A stretch of DNA of 12,241 nt from Candidatus Heimdallarchaeota archaeon B3_Heim (GTDB taxonomy: Archaea; Asgardarchaeota; Heimdallarchaeia; Hodarchaeales; Hodarchaeaceae), in NCBI GenBank assembly GCA_003144275.1, contig NJBF01000071.1:1-12241 (forward strand), read 5' to 3'. Every line of letters starts with the position of its first letter. Position 1 is the stretch's first letter. Made by a program: the position numbers and the translations under genes. The notes beneath the pieces are model-generated. The model saw only the letters and a list, made by a program, of their open reading frames with translations, was not told the origin of the DNA and searched no databases. Shown in pieces: positions 7,496-12,241 of this stretch.

Positions 7496-7503
7496 TATAT
7501 AAA
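7496..7503 (-). promoter_or_regulatory. Putative archaeal TATA box for 7064..7468
   Basis: Minus strand TTTATATA, 28 nt upstream of the start. Confidence 0.5.
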
Positions 7504-7609
7504 GTCTATCAGATAGAAAACCATTAATAGGAGGATTTCCTGCTAGTTCTAGTTGTTATTTAACGTAGCAATTAATTTTTGCCAATAACTTATCTATGAG
7601 AAGGATGGG

Positions 7610-9430
7610 ATGAAAACGGCACAAACACAAAATTCAAGTTTAAAAAATAGAAAATGGCCAACTGAACATTTGGAGGAAGTTATTTCATCACTACCACAAA
7701 CAGTTCCACAAAAGATTATGAAGAATTTGTCACCTAACTGGCAGGATATTACCCAAACAGATTCTCAAGCAGTTGAGCTAGCTAGTGACAATCTTCCAGG
7801 AATCTATGCCCTCGGACAGGATTTACGAAGGGAAAAAAGAAGTAAAGCAAAAGGTGGGTTAGTATACAGGGTATTAACAAATGATAGAACTCTTGAGAAC
7901 AGCAATAAAGCAGTTATACAATATCTCATGATCTGGAGCAGACAACGAATAGCACTAACATTCGCAAACTATTTTCTTCCAATACTGATTCTAGTAGGAT
8001 TAACATTCTATATTAATACTGATATTCTATTCTATAAGGATCCATTTAGCCTTTTAGAACCAATTGATTCCACACGAATACTAGGAATCATCTATGGTAC
8101 CTTCACAGAAATGTGGTTAATCTTCTTATCATGTCTGTGGTTCATTCTGGTTGGCGTATGGAATGTTGTTAAGTGGATTAGAAATGGAGCAGCATCAATG
8201 AGAGTCCTTTTTGGAGTTTATGGGTCTTTATACTTAATTAGTGCATTCATTGAATATCGATTGCACCTCTCTCCATTATTTTCCTTTAATTTAGGAGAAA
8301 TATTAAATAATCCCAACTATACTGTTTTAGTAATTAAGATAACTTGGACTCCGATACTCGCAATAGCATTTTCAATTGGATTTTATATGCTAGTCAGAAA
8401 GCTTCCAAGTCTGAAAAAGATAATTGGAGGCCATAAAATGGATTATGCCCCGATATTTATCTATCTGAAGAGGTCAACACCTTCTGAGAAATGGCAGAAA
8501 GAGGTCTTATTTGATAAGTTCCATTATTGCGTGAAGGAGTTAATCGTACCAGAAGACGATTATAAGTTAGTAATGGAAGGAAGATGGCATTCTTTTGAGT
8601 TATATCGGAGAAAAAAATGGATTATTAACAGAATACTTTGGCTCGGGAGTCTTTGTGGCTTCATAATCTTACTCCTCGTTTCGATATATGGTATTCTAAA
8701 TGGAATTGACATATTGGAAATCTTGGAACCACTCCAACTAACAAATCAACTTGAATTATTTATACAAAGGTTGATTTATCCGTTATTACTTATTGGAACA
8801 GGGTATTGGTCGAGTACTAGGTATTCGACGAATCTTATTGGGAAAAAAACTAGAACAAAGAAACAATTGAAGAAGGAAAAATATTATCTATCTTCTGAAA
8901 AACTAAAGCAGCTCTGGAACTTGAAATCAAAAGAAGCACACTTTACTATAAAGGATAAACTGCAATACCCAGAAACATATCGAAATGAGAAGAATGGACT
9001 GACTTGGTTATCATTCTATGATGATGAAGTAGAGAAAGAGAAGGGAGCAAATATAATCTGCGAATTAGGCTTGATAACGAAATTCAAGATGAGATTCTAC
9101 AAAAGAGGAGTAGCCAATGATTTGGTGAAGAGTGGAAAAAAAATGATTAAGCAGAATAGACCAGAGGAAGCCCTATATAGATATGAAAAAGCTATAGAAT
9201 TAAAACCTGATTTAACACAGGCATGGATAAACAAAGCAGATCTTTTCAAGGATATTGACAGAGTTGAAGAAGCACAGGAGGCAATTGACTTTGCAATTCA
9301 AACTCAACCAAGGAATGCCCAAGCAATGTTTGTTCAAGGAGCAATTTTTGAGAAGAAAGAGGAGAAAGATAAGGCAAAAGAGGCTTTTGAAAAAGCAGAA
9401 AAGCTAGGTTATAGGAGATCAGAGGATTAG
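7610..9430 (+). CDS. Multi-pass membrane protein with C-terminal tetratricopeptide repeats
   Basis: 606 aa with about 6 hydrophobic helices. C-terminal TPR pattern: EEALYRYEKAIELKPDLTQAWINKA, AIQTQPRNAQAMFVQG, AKEAFEKA. Confidence 0.88.
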   Translation: MKTAQTQNSSLKNRKWPTEHLEEVISSLPQTVPQKIMKNLSPNWQDITQTDSQAVELASDNLPGIYALGQDLRREKRSKAKGGLVYRVLTNDRTLENSNKAVIQYLMIWSRQRIALTFANYFLPILILVGLTFYINTDILFYKDPFSLLEPIDSTRILGIIYGTFTEMWLIFLSCLWFILVGVWNVVKWIRNGAASMRVLFGVYGSLYLISAFIEYRLHLSPLFSFNLGEILNNPNYTVLVIKITWTPILAIAFSIGFYMLVRKLPSLKKIIGGHKMDYAPIFIYLKRSTPSEKWQKEVLFDKFHYCVKELIVPEDDYKLVMEGRWHSFELYRRKKWIINRILWLGSLCGFIILLLVSIYGILNGIDILEILEPLQLTNQLELFIQRLIYPLLLIGTGYWSSTRYSTNLIGKKTRTKKQLKKEKYYLSSEKLKQLWNLKSKEAHFTIKDKLQYPETYRNEKNGLTWLSFYDDEVEKEKGANIICELGLITKFKMRFYKRGVANDLVKSGKKMIKQNRPEEALYRYEKAIELKPDLTQAWINKADLFKDIDRVEEAQEAIDFAIQTQPRNAQAMFVQGAIFEKKEEKDKAKEAFEKAEKLGYRRSED

Positions 9431-9511
9431 AAGAGAACACGAAAGTATGTGGTTAAAATCAAGAAAGGAAGTTTTCCTGTGAGCTTTGAAATAATGGAAC
9501 AATTTGGAAGA

Positions 9512-9602
9512 AAAACAGGAATAATTGATCAACGATTCCTTCTCGGCTCATTTTTTCCTTCCTGTTTTGGTTTCTTTTTCCTATCAATCATCCTTTTTTT
9601 TT
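9512..9602. terminator. Possible terminator region between convergent genes
   Basis: Inverted repeat AAAACAGGAA (9512-9521) / TTCCTGTTTT (9559-9568) followed by pyrimidine- and T-rich tracts ending in a T run at 9594-9602. Confidence 0.35.
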
Positions 9603-9636
9603 ATTAAAACACGAGAGGACTGAAAATTTCCACATT
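9599..9636 (+). repeat. Modular intergenic element copy 8 (box C only, with the preceding T/A hairpin)
   Basis: ACGAGAGGACTGAAAATTTCCACATT (9611-9636) is identical to copies 1 and 6. It is preceded by TTTT-ATT-AAAA (9599-9609). Confidence 0.9.
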
Positions 9637-9954
9637 CTTAGGAAATCCATGAATAAACAAAACCATAAGTCTCACAGAATGGGATTATTTTGAGCAAAAA
9701 AAGGGTAATATTATTCGAGGGAGTACTAAAAACATCTAGACGTGAAAAAAAGTATGAACATGACTCGAGATAATAGAAGAAATGACAATTATGATTACAA
9801 GGGGTTATATCTGACAGATCTGGATTATCAAACGAATTCACATATGAAAGAAGAACATCACGAAGGAAAAGGAGAATGTTAAGCTCCTCTACTGGATTAC
9901 AGATATGTAACAGGATGTAAGTAAAAATATCAACAGCATCGATATTATAGAGAT

Positions 9955-10848
9955 TTACCTTAAGGGAATCAATGCTTCTTCTAAATTTTCTAGCGCAAGC
10001 GATGGCCGACCCATTAATTTGTAGATCATTCCTTTAATCAAAAGACATCTAATAATCCCATTCTCTGCCCATAAATGATACTGAGCATCGCTGAAAATGT
10101 TCAAACTCTGATAAATATTCTCTAACGCCTGCTCAAATTCCCCTTTTAACGCATAAATATGGGAAATTAATACTAAAGAGTCTGCGAGGATACTTTTATT
10201 CTTAAGCTCCTTGATTAAATTCAAACTACTTTTAAAAAATTCGAGGGCAAGGTTTAAATCACCAGTTGAGGTGTAAATATTCCCAATAACTTGTAATTGA
10301 AGTGAACTTTCTGTAAGCAAAAGCGAATCATTTTGGAGAATTTTTAATCCCCTTTTTTGAAAGTCTAAGGCATGCTTTAATTCTCCCATTCTATAGTACA
10401 TTTCTCCCAAAACGTGAAAAACTGAAAAAAACTCAAAGTTGGGCTTTTCGTGCGCTTCTACATAATTTTCAATATAATCTAGCGCGAATGTGACTTCTTC
10501 TTCCCATTTGTGCATATTCCTTACTCTCCCTGGTCCAAAAATGCTTCGGATAAAGGAAATCAAATCAACTGCAATAGTATATGTATCAGGAGTCTCTTGA
10601 AAAAGGTCAGAATATACTTTCAAACTTAATGAGGATTGGATTTGGAGTGGGATTTCTTTTTTCTTGCTTTCCCTAAGAGCGTGTTTCTCAAAGGTTAATG
10701 CTTGTTTTACGTTTCCAGTCTGTTCAAGGATTTTACTCTCCAGAATCATACCATCGAATTTATTCTCAGGAGGTAAGTTTTCTATAGCCTGTAAAGCCTG
10801 ATCAAACATTTTGAACATTAAAAGTTCTTGAATTTCTTTTAGTTCCAT
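9955..10848 (-). CDS. Tetratricopeptide-repeat protein
   Basis: 297 aa with repeated TPR motifs: LGEMYYRMGELKHALDFQKRGL, IGNIYTSTGDLNLALEFFKSSL, ISHIYALKGEFEQALENIYQSL, KGMIYKLMGRPSLALENLEEAL. Confidence 0.9.
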   Translation of the reverse strand: MELKEIQELLMFKMFDQALQAIENLPPENKFDGMILESKILEQTGNVKQALTFEKHALRESKKKEIPLQIQSSLSLKVYSDLFQETPDTYTIAVDLISFIRSIFGPGRVRNMHKWEEEVTFALDYIENYVEAHEKPNFEFFSVFHVLGEMYYRMGELKHALDFQKRGLKILQNDSLLLTESSLQLQVIGNIYTSTGDLNLALEFFKSSLNLIKELKNKSILADSLVLISHIYALKGEFEQALENIYQSLNIFSDAQYHLWAENGIIRCLLIKGMIYKLMGRPSLALENLEEALIPLR

Positions 10849-10876
10849 CTCGGTAAATAATCAGAAACAATATCCC

Positions 10877-10884
10877 TTATAAAA
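10877..10884 (-). promoter_or_regulatory. Putative archaeal TATA box for 9955..10848
   Basis: Minus strand TTTTATAA, 29 nt upstream of ATG. Confidence 0.5.
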
Positions 10885-11096
10885 CTTTATAGTATTTCAA
10901 ACTGATATCTTAGGAGAATTTGGATTGAAAAAGAGAGGGAGAGGTGAGAACACAGCAGATAGGAGAATAAGGAAGCGCTCTACCCGAAGGATTAGCTAAT
11001 CTGTGGCCCATCGGAAATATCCGGAGAGTTTCTCTAGATAACTCTTTATGAATTCTCAACCAGTACATCTGGACATGAAAAAGGGGAGTTAATATA

Positions 11097-11609
11097 ATGA
11101 TAGAAAACGATGACAAATACTTAATGAAAATATGTTGTATTGGAAGTGTATCTGACCTTAAAACGGAATTCATTCGTCGATTTGCGATGGATAAGTATGA
11201 TGTAAATTACTTACCAACATTAGGTGTCGACGTAACGACGAAGAAAATCGACATAGATAATGAACAGGTAAAACTCATTCTCGTAGATACAGCAGGGCAT
11301 GAAGTTTTTAGCAAAAAACGCCCTTCCTATTACAGGGGAGCATCTGCATTTATAATTTTCTTTGATAAAGGAGATCAGCAGTCTTTCAAGGCAATACTAC
11401 AGTGGAAAAAGGAATTTCATGAACATGTGCTTGACCCTACACCACATGCGATTGTTGGTTTTCAAGCTGAAACTGAAGAGGTTTCTACGGAAGAAGCAAA
11501 ACGATTAGTTGAGCAATTAAAGTCTACCTACTTTGAATGCAACCCAACACACGGACAGGAATTATTAAAAATTCTTCAATTCTTAGGAAGAAAGGTAATA
11601 GCAGGATAA
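11097..11609 (+). CDS. Rab-like small GTPase with degenerate G1/G4/G5
   Basis: G2 PTLGVD and G3 DTAGHE retained, plus Rab-like segments (KKIDIDNEQVKLILVD, YYRGASAFII). G1 reads GSVSDLKT and G4 reads VGFQ. Confidence 0.88.
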   Translation: MIENDDKYLMKICCIGSVSDLKTEFIRRFAMDKYDVNYLPTLGVDVTTKKIDIDNEQVKLILVDTAGHEVFSKKRPSYYRGASAFIIFFDKGDQQSFKAILQWKKEFHEHVLDPTPHAIVGFQAETEEVSTEEAKRLVEQLKSTYFECNPTHGQELLKILQFLGRKVIAG

Positions 11610-11631
11610 GGAAGCAATCACAAAGAAAAAA

Positions 11632-11697
11632 GACCACCAGACAGAAGACCAGAAGACAAACAACACACACTCATTTGGACTCCTGAAGGCTTTTTCC
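11632..11697 (+). repeat. Modular intergenic element copy 9 (A-B, possible box C remnant AGAGGA at 11718-11723)
   Basis: GACCACCAGACAGAAGACCAGAAGACAAACAACACACACTCATTTGGACTCCTGAAGGCTTTTTCC. Confidence 0.92.
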
Positions 11698-11758
11698 TAA
11701 CAAAATCAAGAAAACCTAGAGGAAAATATATTAGGAAGAAGGATCTTTCTAGGAAGCT

Positions 11759-12241
11759 ATGAATAATGAGGTTTTGAGAGCATTATCTGTAGTCTTAATC
11801 TTATCTTTTTTCGTTGGTTGTGGAGTATTTCCAACTCCAGTTGGAATGGGGAATAAATCTACTTTAAATTCAAGTCGATACAATGCTATTCCTGAAGATT
11901 TAGCAGAAAAGACTCAAGCAAATTACTATTTTCATAACGATTACACTGATTTCGTTATAGAATTGAAAACGCTAAATGAGTCCTATCCTGCTATAACCGA
12001 TGTTTATTCGTTAAACGCGAAGTACACTCATTCCAATACCGTAGGGGGAAAAGAAGTTTGGTGTATTAGAATCACAAATGAAAGCACTGGCTTACATAAA
12101 CCAGAAGTGCTTTTTATTGGGGGACATCATGGGAATGAGCGTGTGGGAGTAGAAAATGCCTTTTGGTATGCACAATGGTTGGTAACTAACTATGGGAAAG
12201 ATACCCGTGTAACTTCTCTTGTAGATAATCGGGAAATATAC
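11759..12241 (+). CDS. Secreted M14-family zinc carboxypeptidase (carboxypeptidase T-like), 5' part, runs off the window
   Basis: Not in the ORF track. ATG 11759 opens a frame to the window end: MNNEVLRALSVVLILSFFVGC (signal peptide, possible lipobox) ... GKEVWCIRIT ... KPEVLFIGGHHGNE (M14 HxxE zinc motif) ... LVDNREIY. Confidence 0.88.
   Translation, partial: MNNEVLRALSVVLILSFFVGCGVFPTPVGMGNKSTLNSSRYNAIPEDLAEKTQANYYFHNDYTDFVIELKTLNESYPAITDVYSLNAKYTHSNTVGGKEVWCIRITNESTGLHKPEVLFIGGHHGNERVGVENAFWYAQWLVTNYGKDTRVTSLVDNREIY

Noticed and set aside
9246-9440. ORF 9246..9440 (-)
   Set aside because: Antisense shadow of the TPR domain of 7610..9430.
10910-11173. ORF 10910..11173 (-)
   Set aside because: It overlaps the start of the Rab-like gene on the opposite strand and spans a divergent promoter region. 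No motifs.
863-11697. CRISPR array
   Set aside because: Repeats are multi-box, up to about 150 nt, degenerate and separated by whole genes rather than 30-40 nt spacers. No cas genes are present.
863-11697. Canonical integron attC sites
   Set aside because: No conserved RYYYAAC...GTTRRRY pair closing a single long hairpin, and no intI in the window. Only the array logic is similar.

Overview
AT-rich archaeal-type DNA, inferred to come from an Asgard archaeon (Heimdall/Hodarchaeia-like) because it has three Rab/Ras-like small GTPase genes, TPR proteins and TATA boxes about 30 nt upstream of start codons. It holds about 10 complete, mostly monocistronic genes plus two partial genes at the edges. 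The main unexplained feature is a dispersed, modular repeat of up to about 150 nt that occurs 9 times (complete or partial), once per intergenic gap. It is always on the + strand, whatever the direction of the flanking genes. It has four conserved boxes: A GACCACCAGACATAAGATCAGAA, B CAACACACACTCATTTGACTCCTKAAGGC, C ACGAGAGGACTGAAAATTTCCACATT and D GCCCGTGTGCGATGAGTGGCAGCT. The linkers between boxes differ in sequence between copies but mostly keep hairpin complementarity, with G-T wobbles that work only on the + strand. The layout resembles a gene-cassette array delimited by a structured RNA or ssDNA element that I cannot assign to attC, CRISPR, dif, tRNA or a known ribozyme. No integrase, transposase or reverse transcriptase gene is visible in the window.
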